Source: a candidate division CPR3 bacterium GWF2_35_18
Lineage (GTDB): Bacteria; Patescibacteriota; CPR3; GWF2-35-18
DNA: 64,000 nucleotides
Reading direction: 5' to 3'
NCBI GenBank assembly: GCA_001771135.1
Contig: MESW01000002.1
Coordinates: forward strand, 5,315 to 69,314
Shown piece after piece: positions 49,671-57,385 of the stretch. Below the pieces are notes generated by a model. It was not told the DNA's origin. It ran no database searches and worked only from the letters and a program-made list of their open reading frames with translations. The translations under genes were made by a program, and so were the position numbers. Position 1 is the stretch's first letter; each line of letters begins with the position of its first letter.

Positions 49671-49698
49671 GTTCAGACCCCTAAAAAGGGGTCTGAAC
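49671..49698 (+). terminator. Terminator hairpin
   Basis: GTTCAGACCCC-TAAAAA-GGGGTCTGAAC, a perfect 11-bp stem, 30 nt after the stop. The T-run is weak. Confidence 0.5.
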
Positions 49699-49720
49699 TT
49701 GTTCTACCATATAAATCATA

Positions 49721-50362
49721 ATGAAAAGATTGTTTTTTAAGAAGAAAATCATTATTTTAGTATTTCTTATAGCAGTAATCTTGATTACTATCTTTATTGT
49801 TGGAGTTAGTTATCTTTTTATTAAAAATCCTGCTAAATACTACAGCATAAAATCACAGATTTTCCCAATAGAAGATAAAATTCCTGAAAATGTAGACCCG
49901 GTTTCCAAAGATTTTGGTCTGGTAATTCCGAAGATTGGGGTAAATGTTCCAATTATTGCTGATGTAAATGGTTTGAATCCCAATGAATTTTTATGGAAGG
50001 TGACCGAAGGAGTTGCGCATTTTAAACACGTAGAGGCGTATGACGTAATTGTTGATGGAGCTTTTCCAGGGCAAGCGGGAAATATTTTCCTTTTTGGTCA
50101 CAGTCAAATTCCTGGAGGAGATACTTCCAAATATCAAGCGGTTTTTAATGAACTTCCAGTTTTGACCTACGAAGATAAGCTTATCGTATATTATAAAGGA
50201 GAAAAGTATGAATATCGTGTTATTGAGGGAAAAGTGATTGAAAAAACTGAAGTTTACTATTTAGAAAGAACTCCGGAGGAGACTTTACATTTAATGACCT
50301 GTTGGCCTTTAGGTTTTAATAATCAGCGTTATCTAGTTACAGCTTTAAAATCACAGCTTTAA
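49721..50362 (+). CDS. Sortase family transpeptidase
   Basis: N-terminal TM anchor. Catalytic His (LFGHS), the TLxTC-type Cys motif (LHLMTCWP) and a downstream Arg. Sits directly downstream of the LPETG protein. Confidence 0.8.
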   Translation: MKRLFFKKKIIILVFLIAVILITIFIVGVSYLFIKNPAKYYSIKSQIFPIEDKIPENVDPVSKDFGLVIPKIGVNVPIIADVNGLNPNEFLWKVTEGVAHFKHVEAYDVIVDGAFPGQAGNIFLFGHSQIPGGDTSKYQAVFNELPVLTYEDKLIVYYKGEKYEYRVIEGKVIEKTEVYYLERTPEETLHLMTCWPLGFNNQRYLVTALKSQL

Positions 50363-50513
50363 TTCCTTTTTTCTCTTACTATACTCAACCTCCCTTGAAT
50401 TTGAAACAAATATAGTTGAATATAACCCGTATAACAACATATTAATCATTTACAAATTGAAGTTATATGGATATAGTACAATAGGTTTTCAATATAAATT
50501 AAAAAGGATATAT

Positions 50514-50747
50514 ATGAATAATAAAACTGACGAACAAAAATTGAAAGAGATTATCGACTCCGTTCGCACTGGATTACAAATGGATGGAGGAGATATGGAG
50601 CTCATATCTTTCTCAGAGGGAATTGTAAAACTAAAATTTGCTGGCGCTTGTGTTGGTTGTCCTATGTCGATAATAACTTTTCAAGAATATATCGAAAAAG
50701 AAATTAAAACCCACCTTCCTAATGTAAAAAAGGTCGAAATATCATAA
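50514..50747 (+). CDS. NifU-like (Nfu-type) Fe-S cluster scaffold domain protein
   Basis: GACVGCPMS (CxxC) in a roughly 75-aa Nfu domain. AAGGA RBS before the ATG at 50514 (track start is a TTG). Confidence 0.72.
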   Translation: MNNKTDEQKLKEIIDSVRTGLQMDGGDMELISFSEGIVKLKFAGACVGCPMSIITFQEYIEKEIKTHLPNVKKVEIS

Positions 50748-50821
50748 TTTGTTGTTGAATTAATGTTTTTACGTTAATAGGGTAATATTGTTATTCAATA
50801 ATCTTATTTTCTAGGAGAAAT

Positions 50822-52234
50822 ATGAAGAAAACCAAAATAGTTGCAACTTTGGGGCCTGCATCTGAAAGCGCAACTAAGATAAAATCTCTAATAAAAGCCG
50901 GTGTTAACGTTTTTCGATTTAATCTTAAACACAATGATAAACAGTGGCACAGTGACAAGATTGAATTAGTGCAAAAATGTGCTAATGAAATGGGGAAGCC
51001 TATTGCTATTTTACTTGATTTAGTTGGACGTGATTTACGTTTGGGCAAAATTCCGAATAAAGGGATGCTTCTTAAAAGAGGACAAGAAGTTATTTTTGCT
51101 GATGAGAATAATTTTAAAGAAGGCGAGATTCCAGTTCGTAACTTTATTGCCTACAAAAATTTAAAAGAAGGTGTTCGTTTCTCGGCGGACTCGGGATCTT
51201 TATTTTTTAAGGTTTTTGAGGTAAAAGAACGTTTTTTCAAAGCTAATGCTTTGAAGGGAGGGTTTTTAAAAGAGAATAAAGGAGTAAATATTCCTCATTT
51301 AAAAGTAAACCTTCCGGCTTTAGTTGAGAGTGATCTAGATCGGTTATCACTAGCTGCAAAGCATGATGTTGATTATGTAGCTCTTTCCTTTGTGCAAACA
51401 AGAGATGATATTAGGATTTTGAAGCGCGAAATGGAAAAATTAAAAGTCAAAGCAAAAACGATGGCAAAAATTGAAGATACATTAGGAATTCAGAACTTTG
51501 ATGAAATATTGGAAGAGGTTGATAGTATTATGGTAGCCCGGGGAGATTTGGGGATAGAAGTTCCAATCGAAAAGGTTCCCATTTTACAGAAAGAGATGAT
51601 TGAAAAGTGTCGTTTAGCGGGAAAACCAGTAATTACGGCGACTCAGATGATGGAATCAATGTTAGATAATCCAATACCTTCAAGAGCTGATGTATCAGAT
51701 GTGGCTAATTCTGTTTATGATTATACTGATGCCGTAATGCTTTCTGGAGAAAGTGCTGCGGGTAATTATCCGGTAGAGACTGTGAGACAGATGAGTAAAA
51801 TACTTTTTCAAGCAGAGCGAAAATACTTACCGCCAAGCTCTCCACATGCTTCGATTAATACTACTGATGCTATGGTGCAATCAGCGCTGGAGCTTACTTA
51901 CTTTAAACCAAAAGAAGGTGCAAAACCTTCTGCAATAGTAGTTTTGACCGAAACAGGAAGATCGGTAAGGTTATTATCACGTTTACGACCGATTTTGCCT
52001 ATTATTGCATTAACCCAAAGTGAAAAAGTTCGTGATGAACTTTGTCTTACTTGGGGAGTAACTCCTTATTATTTAAACTTAGGACACGAAAGGCTTGAAT
52101 TATCAAAGGTTTTTAGGTTTTTAAAAGAGAATCAAATTGTAGGAAAAGGGCAATTACTTATTATTCTTTCTGGAGAAATTACCGGAGAGCCGGGTCGTAC
52201 CAATATGGTAACGCTTAAAGAAGTTTGGGAATAG
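50822..52234 (+). CDS. pyk: Pyruvate kinase
   Basis: IVATLGPAS N-terminal signature and MVARGDLGIEVP. 470 aa. AGGAG RBS. Confidence 0.9.
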   Translation: MKKTKIVATLGPASESATKIKSLIKAGVNVFRFNLKHNDKQWHSDKIELVQKCANEMGKPIAILLDLVGRDLRLGKIPNKGMLLKRGQEVIFADENNFKEGEIPVRNFIAYKNLKEGVRFSADSGSLFFKVFEVKERFFKANALKGGFLKENKGVNIPHLKVNLPALVESDLDRLSLAAKHDVDYVALSFVQTRDDIRILKREMEKLKVKAKTMAKIEDTLGIQNFDEILEEVDSIMVARGDLGIEVPIEKVPILQKEMIEKCRLAGKPVITATQMMESMLDNPIPSRADVSDVANSVYDYTDAVMLSGESAAGNYPVETVRQMSKILFQAERKYLPPSSPHASINTTDAMVQSALELTYFKPKEGAKPSAIVVLTETGRSVRLLSRLRPILPIIALTQSEKVRDELCLTWGVTPYYLNLGHERLELSKVFRFLKENQIVGKGQLLIILSGEITGEPGRTNMVTLKEVWE

Positions 52235-52246
52235 TTTCTCGAAGTA

Positions 52247-52963
52247 TTATTCATTGACTAGATTTTGATTATTTTTCCATCGTTTTTCAAACTCTTCTAA
52301 GATTAAGGCTTTTTCAAGTTGATAATTCCCAATTTTTGTTCGCGTGAGCTTGGAAACATAAGCTCCGCAATTCAGTTTTTGGCCGAGATCATGAATCAAG
52401 GATCGGATGTAAGTTCCCTTTGAACAAAAAACTCGAATTTTAGCTTTTGGTTCGTTTTTCTGTGTTTTTTCTCTAAATTCCAGTAATTCTATCTCAAATA
52501 TATTTATTGTACGTTTTGGAAGGGTTTTGAGGTCTATTTTTTCTTCCCGAGCTTTTTTGTATAATCTTTGTCCATTTACTTTGATAGCGGAAAATGGGGG
52601 AACTGTTTGTTCTTGTTGACCGACAAAATCGACAAGTACTTTTAGGAGTTTGGTCTTATTTAGGGTTTCTATTTTTTCTTGTTCACATCTATGAACAGTC
52701 TTTCCTTCTTTGTCGTACGTATCTGTTTCGGTTCCAAATGTTGCTTCAACAATGTATTCCTTGTTTAGTCCCATGAATTCATCTTGTTTTTTGCATGCTT
52801 TTCCGATTAGAACGATAAGTAATCCTTCTGCAATAGGGTCTAGTGTCCCAGTGTGACCTATCTTTTTTATTCCCGTGATTTTTCTTAATTCCGCAACAAT
52901 ACGGAATGAAGTTGGTCCTACGGGTTTGTGTATAAGTATAGGAGGATATTCTTCTTGATTCAT
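52247..52963 (-). CDS. truB: tRNA pseudouridine(55) synthase TruB
   Basis: GHTGTLDPIAEGLL (the GHxGTLDPxAxGxL catalytic Asp motif). Confidence 0.88.
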   Translation of the reverse strand: MNQEEYPPILIHKPVGPTSFRIVAELRKITGIKKIGHTGTLDPIAEGLLIVLIGKACKKQDEFMGLNKEYIVEATFGTETDTYDKEGKTVHRCEQEKIETLNKTKLLKVLVDFVGQQEQTVPPFSAIKVNGQRLYKKAREEKIDLKTLPKRTINIFEIELLEFREKTQKNEPKAKIRVFCSKGTYIRSLIHDLGQKLNCGAYVSKLTRTKIGNYQLEKALILEEFEKRWKNNQNLVNE

Positions 52964-53548
52964 GTTCGAATTGTAGGAGATTAGATCATAAAAGTCAAAA
53001 AAGTGGAGACAATTTGATTTTTGGGTGATATCAAACTATGGGTTACTATGTGGTTATTGTCACAGCAGTAACATTAATATGTTTAATATAGGACATAAAT
53101 ATAATAAAAATATGGATATTGATTGTTATATAAGGGTAAAACTGTATTTATTGGTAATTATTGCACTTCGTTTGTACTATTATGGGTCTTGACAAATATA
53201 TTTGAATGTGGTAAGGTAATATTGTCCTTTCTAAAAAGGCAATCGTTCATCTCCTAAATTGGGGGGCTGACAAGGTTAATTGGGACGCCGTATGTAGCAA
53301 CAAATGGTGCCGCGATTAGCCCTGATAGCCCCTCAATTGCGTTTCTATAGTAATTTTTCAAAAACTAGAATCCCCCGGAATAGAATATTCTAGAAGTATC
53401 TATCAGCTTTATAGTGTAATTAGTAGGCCTATAAATATTCTGTGTAATTAATTAGGGTATTTTATATTTCCCTTATATATAAATGTATGATTTAAATATA
53501 CTAAAATTTATAGTAAAGTTATGGTATTAAATGTATATCCTATAGTGC

Positions 53549-53577
53549 TTGACAAATACTTAAAAACATGATATACT
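53549..53577 (+). promoter_or_regulatory. Consensus sigma70 promoter P2 (TTGACA-17 nt-TATACT)
   Basis: -35 at 53549-53554, a 17-nt spacer, -10 at 53572-53577. Confidence 0.65.
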
Positions 53578-53583
53578 ATTTTT

Positions 53584-53660
53584 GTTAAGTTGGAGAGAGA
53601 AGAATATATTCCATTTTTTTAAAAGCTCTCTGAATCGATAAGAAGAAGGAGTTTTTTTTG
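53584..53660 (+). ncRNA. Candidate small RNA 1 (about 77 nt): the 5' end reads GUUAAGUUGGAGAGAG, followed by a hairpin and a terminator
   Basis: Starts about 7 nt after the -10 of P2 and ends at the T8 run at 53652-53659. No ATG or RBS-coupled ORF. Paralogous to candidate sRNA 2. Confidence 0.45.
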
Positions 53661-53779
53661 CACTTAAAATATTAGAAAAAATACATTTAAAGATTAGTAG
53701 GTAATCCGAAGTGGAGGAGAGACTCTCCAACAAACAAACTATTTCTCCTCTGCTTCATATTATCTATTAACCCATAGTA

Positions 53780-53808
53780 TTGACATTTATTAAAAATTAT
53801 GCTATACT
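53780..53808 (+). promoter_or_regulatory. Consensus sigma70 promoter P3 (TTGACA-17 nt-TATACT)
   Basis: -35 at 53780-53785 and -10 at 53803-53808. Confidence 0.65.
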
Positions 53809-53814
53809 ATTTAT

Positions 53815-53890
53815 AGTTTGTTGGAGAGAGCAGTAAAAGCAGGAATCTTACTGTATAAAAGAGAGCTCGCCAACGCGCGAGCTTTTTTTG
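53815..53890 (+). ncRNA. Candidate small RNA 2 (about 76 nt): 5' GUUUGUUGGAGAGAG, an internal CAGUAA/UUACUG hairpin, and a terminator GAGCUCGC-CAAC-GCGCGAGCU + U7
   Basis: Promoter-to-terminator unit. No ORF. Shares its 5' motif with sRNA 1. The reverse complement of that motif also occurs at about 53712-53726. Confidence 0.45.
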
Positions 53891-53950
53891 TCGCACCTTA
53901 TAACAAATTACTGAAGTCATGGTTAAAGAATTTATGAGAGGCTTATAACT

Positions 53951-53979
53951 TTGACAAATTATATTATTTGGAGTATATA
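53951..53979 (+). promoter_or_regulatory. Consensus sigma70 promoter P4 (TTGACA-17 nt-TATATA)
   Basis: -35 at 53951-53956 and -10 at 53974-53979. A structured region follows (TTGGGGCT...AGCCCCAA hairpin). Confidence 0.55.
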
Positions 53980-54113
53980 GAAATGTATTTCCCCAAAATA
54001 CTGGAAATATATATGTTGGGGCTTAAAAATTATATAGCCCCAAGCAATGAGAGAGGTGGAATAGCTATCTAAGTAGCTTATTTATAGCTTCTCATATCCA
54101 AAAGCGGTTTTTT

Positions 54114-54171
54114 GTTATTCTGAGCGGTATGTGAAAGATCATTAGAAATTTCTCACTGCGTTCAGAATGAC
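54114..54171. repeat. Palindromic repeat family, copy A (GTTATTCTGAGCG ... CGTTCAGAATGAC)
   Basis: Arms pair with G-U wobbles if transcribed from the + strand. Sits just upstream of the GC-rich block that starts at about 54.4 kb. Confidence 0.6.
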
Positions 54172-54958
54172 AGAAAATAAAAGAATCGGAACTACGAAAA
54201 AGAATTGAAACGACAGAAATAGATGTGGAAGAAGAGGTACGTGTTTAGAACTTTAAAAAAAGAATATTTCGTTAATCTCCGGAAATAATCCGGAAAATTT
54301 TAAATTCTTCTTAATGAAGGAAGATTGCAGTTACTGCAAGGAAGTAAACTGGAAGCTATTGATTTAGTATCTAGTTCGCTTTCTTGCAGGAAGTTGAGGT
54401 CTGTTAGGAAAATCTTTCCGCTTTCATAAGTCGCAAGCGCAGAAAGGATCTGCAGATTTTCAAACCAGAATACTCAGACGGTTGGGTAATAGTCAGGTTG
54501 ACCCTGTGAATCCAAACGAAGTACTGCAAAAAGTGTCGTTCCCGGTTTTTCGGGCCTGAAGGGTTGTACCCCGTAGGCGCCTGGGTAGGACCCAATTATA
54601 GGTCCGCCTAACCGGAAAAAGACCTCTTCCTTTGGAAGGGGCATATCGTGCCTGTCAGGTAATAGGCCTTGCAGTTTTTGTAGAATTTATCCGAAGCTGC
54701 TTTCAGAGCAGTCTTAGATAAGCGGATAGAGGAAGCAAAAATAAAGAGGCTGAAAAACTTGAAGGGCGAAATTGGACAATTTCTTTCAACTCCCCAAACC
54801 GAAAGGGTTAGTAACTTGAGAGGGAACGGTCTCCATTTGTTTTTCTGGTTCCAGTCCAGCTGCCGAATACAGTAGGCAAAAGATGAAAGGACTCAGACTG
54901 AACTTTCAAGAGTGAAACACTCTCTTAGGCAAGGGGTAGTATTCAAGGAGAATGATAT

Positions 54959-56341
54959 ATGGAGACTAAAACCTCCACCCAGAGCCGCAAGGGGCTCTAT
55001 AATATCTTTGCGTCCGTTATCGTAGCCCTGATGCTCGTTGCCGTTTTCTTCGGCTTCGTTGGCACTGCGGCCGCTCAGGAGTCCGTTCCTGACTACCAGC
55101 CCGTGGTTGACCCTTATCCGGTCACCGTGGGCGTTACCACCGCGATCAGCCTCAGCCCGGCACCGACCGCGACGGCCGACATCCACTGGACGATCAACGC
55201 CTCTGATGGTAGTCTCGTGCTGGATACCACCGAGTTCACGGTGACGCATGTGTTCACCAATGCCGGCGATTACACCGTTGGTGTGACGATCAGCGACACG
55301 AATGGCGTGTATGTGAATGCCTGGTTGCTGAACGTGGAAGAGCCGGTTTTGACACCTGCTGCTGCCTTGACCAACCTGTTGACCGCTGTGATGGCGCCTG
55401 CAAGCCCTGATAAAGCCGCTGATGTAGCTGAAGCTGTTGCCGATGTTCAGCGCGCTCTGGGCGTGGTTGTTCGCGGCGCCGTCCAGTCCAATGAAGGCGG
55501 TTCGATCGAACTTCGCCCTGTCCAGCCGATTGCGGCAATGAGTGAAGAAGCTCGCGCTTTGGCTATGGACACTGCTGCTGGCACCGATCTGCACTTCGCA
55601 TGGGGTGCTGGATGGCACAATCATCAGGCCGATTTGGGCGCTGGGACTCAACTGTTGAGCGGCGTCTTCTTCGACTCTGACGATCCGGCCTATTTCGGCA
55701 CCACCGAACCGATCTCTGGCGGCCTCTGGGTGTCTTCGATGTACACCCCCAACGTTAGCCTGGAAACGGCCGAATATACCACGACCTTCACTTCTACCCA
55801 GTGGGTAGACAGCGATGGCAACGGTATGTTTGACCTTCTGGCGGTTGGTAGCCCCTGGGATGGTTCTGTCGTCACCATGAGCCTCGATTACGAAGGCGTA
55901 TACACCGAGACCTGGAGCGTCCAGATCGGTATGGAACCGAAACTGATTAGCACCGAAGGCACCAGCCCTGCACCGGCGACCGCCGATGCTTTCCGCACCA
56001 GCGCTGCTGCTGATACATACCCATTCGTACCCGGTCAGGGTTGGGATGTAGCTGCCAATACGGCTTACACGGACACCGTCTTCTACGGCGCTTACTTCGG
56101 TGGCGCTGATTTTGGCGGCGTCTGCAATGACCACTGCGTGGTTAGCTATGCTGGGCGGAGCTATGAATCGACCGATGCTGATGGCAACGGGACGTACGAT
56201 TTCTTCCTGCCCGGCGCTGGTTCTGCCGAAATCGAAGGCCCTGGGGCTTGGGAATTCACCGTCACCGATGACGATGGCAATACCGAGACCTGGATCTTCA
56301 TCCTGGGCGCCACTCCTCAGATCGTCCCCGCTGGCGAGTAA
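54959..56341 (+). CDS. GC-rich (about 58 % GC) secreted protein with Ig/PKD-like and DxDGNG calcium-binding-like repeats
   Basis: AAGGAGA RBS. Signal anchor with an AAAQE cleavage-like site. DSDGNGMFD and DADGNGTYD motifs. Third codon positions are GC-rich, unlike neighbouring genes. Confidence 0.65.
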   Translation: METKTSTQSRKGLYNIFASVIVALMLVAVFFGFVGTAAAQESVPDYQPVVDPYPVTVGVTTAISLSPAPTATADIHWTINASDGSLVLDTTEFTVTHVFTNAGDYTVGVTISDTNGVYVNAWLLNVEEPVLTPAAALTNLLTAVMAPASPDKAADVAEAVADVQRALGVVVRGAVQSNEGGSIELRPVQPIAAMSEEARALAMDTAAGTDLHFAWGAGWHNHQADLGAGTQLLSGVFFDSDDPAYFGTTEPISGGLWVSSMYTPNVSLETAEYTTTFTSTQWVDSDGNGMFDLLAVGSPWDGSVVTMSLDYEGVYTETWSVQIGMEPKLISTEGTSPAPATADAFRTSAAADTYPFVPGQGWDVAANTAYTDTVFYGAYFGGADFGGVCNDHCVVSYAGRSYESTDADGNGTYDFFLPGAGSAEIEGPGAWEFTVTDDDGNTETWIFILGATPQIVPAGE

Positions 56342-56407
56342 CAATCAAAACTATGCTTCAACCCTGAGGCTGTCTGCAGAAATGCGGATAATAAATAACT
56401 AATGGGT

Positions 56408-56480
56408 GGAAACCTGCCGGCCTCCTGGCCTGCGCGTTTGTACGTCCTGATCTGCGCTCTTTGTGCGCCGGCAGGTTTCC
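56408..56480 (+). terminator. Long GC-rich hairpin downstream of the 460-aa gene (putative terminator)
   Basis: GGAAACCTGCCGGC ... GCCGGCAGGTTTCC, a perfect 14-bp inverted repeat with a 45-nt loop, followed by TTGTCTTTTC. Confidence 0.5.
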
Positions 56481-56890
56481 TTGTCTTTTCATCTTAGTCT
56501 GGTTTTATCTTGACCAGTCCCAAAGCCTATCATTAAGTTGATAGATCCTCAGGAAAACAAGATAAGTGAAGGATTTTTCCTTCCTGGAGTTATAGAGAAA
56601 ATAAAGAATCTATAGCAAGACTCCAAGATGAGGCAATTCCTCATCGAGCTAGTTTGCATGAAAATGCAGTTAAAATTGGTTTGGTCATTGTGAAGGTCTG
56701 TTGTTTTTGTATTGAAGATACATTTATTGTCACCCTAAAAGTGACCTGTCCTTATCATCTTCAAAACACCAACCAACAAAACAACACAATCATCAACCCA
56801 ATCTAGCTTCCCTCTTGTGCTTAGCACCTGATGAAGGCTTGGGAAGATCAAGCCGAAAGAGGAAAGTTAAATTATATATATTAAATCAAA

Positions 56891-56918
56891 AGCCACCCTG
56901 AAAATGGGTGGTTTTTTT
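56891..56918 (+). terminator. Rho-independent terminator that ends an ORF-less transcribed region (about 56540-56918)
   Basis: GCCACCC-TGAAAAT-GGGTGGT followed by TTTTTTT. Confidence 0.65.
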
Positions 56919-56934
56919 GTGCCTTTTTGTATTT

Positions 56935-57038
56935 TGTCATGCTGAACGAAGTGAAGCATCTAGGTCTAAAGACCGCAGTATTGGTAACTGTGCGTTCTGC
57001 CTTTGGCAGAACTAGATCCTTCGTTAAACTCAGGATGA
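56935..57038. repeat. Palindromic repeat family, copy B (GTCATGCTGAACGAAG ... CTTCGTTAAACTCAGGATGAC) with two internal small hairpins
   Basis: Read directly. Sits just downstream of the GC-rich block. Its right arm abuts or overlaps the 3' end of the GIY-YIG gene. Confidence 0.6.
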
Positions 57039-57341
57039 CATAAATAAATTATTAAAATTAGGATTGATAGTCTTTATAAGGCTAATCTTTTTCTCCCTTT
57101 TCCAACCTTTGATTTTCTTTTCTACTTCTATTGCTTCTGTAGGAGAATTAAATTCTTCCATCCAAATTAATTTATATAGTTTGTATTTCTTAGAGAAGGA
57201 ACTTTTTATTATACCTTTTGTATGTTCTTCAATTCTTCTTTCTAAATCATTGGTTATTCCGGTATATAACACAGAATTTGTATGATTAGTAATAATATAA
57301 ACATACCAACTGAAGTTATTCATATTATTTAAGAATATCAT
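57030..57341 (-). CDS. Stand-alone GIY-YIG nuclease domain protein
   Basis: WYVYIITNHTNSVLYTGITNDLERRIEEH (GIY...YIG...R...E motifs). The true start may be the internal ATG at 57323 (MNNFSWYVYII). Confidence 0.72.
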   Translation of the reverse strand: MIFLNNMNNFSWYVYIITNHTNSVLYTGITNDLERRIEEHTKGIIKSSFSKKYKLYKLIWMEEFNSPTEAIEVEKKIKGWKREKKISLIKTINPNFNNLFMSS

Positions 57342-57385
57342 ATATATCGAACAGAAGAATATGATCGTGATATACTTAAAAAAGT

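Noticed and set aside
17005-49698. The shared CAGACCCC/GGGGTCTG stem sequence in the terminators at 17005-17062 and 49671-49698, as evidence of a common mobile origin
   Set aside because: An 8-mer recurring twice in 64 kb is expected by chance. The loops and flanks differ.
52964-54958. Possibility that the ORF-free region contains a CRISPR array, rRNA, tmRNA, RNase P RNA or tRNA genes
   Set aside because: There are no direct repeats with regular spacers. No GGTTCGANTCC-type T-arm. No tmRNA or RNase P conserved blocks (GGAAAGTCCGG etc.) were visible by eye. This is not excluded, though, for very divergent RNAs.
54893-56344. A long 483-aa ORF on the minus strand, antisense to the 460-aa GC-rich gene, plus the short + frame ORFs at 55038 and 56100 and the minus-strand ORF at 55290 that lie inside it
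   Set aside because: High-GC sequence generates long stop-free antisense frames. This one has no RBS and a low-complexity, Arg/Gly-rich translation. The sense ORF has an RBS, a signal peptide and domain motifs.
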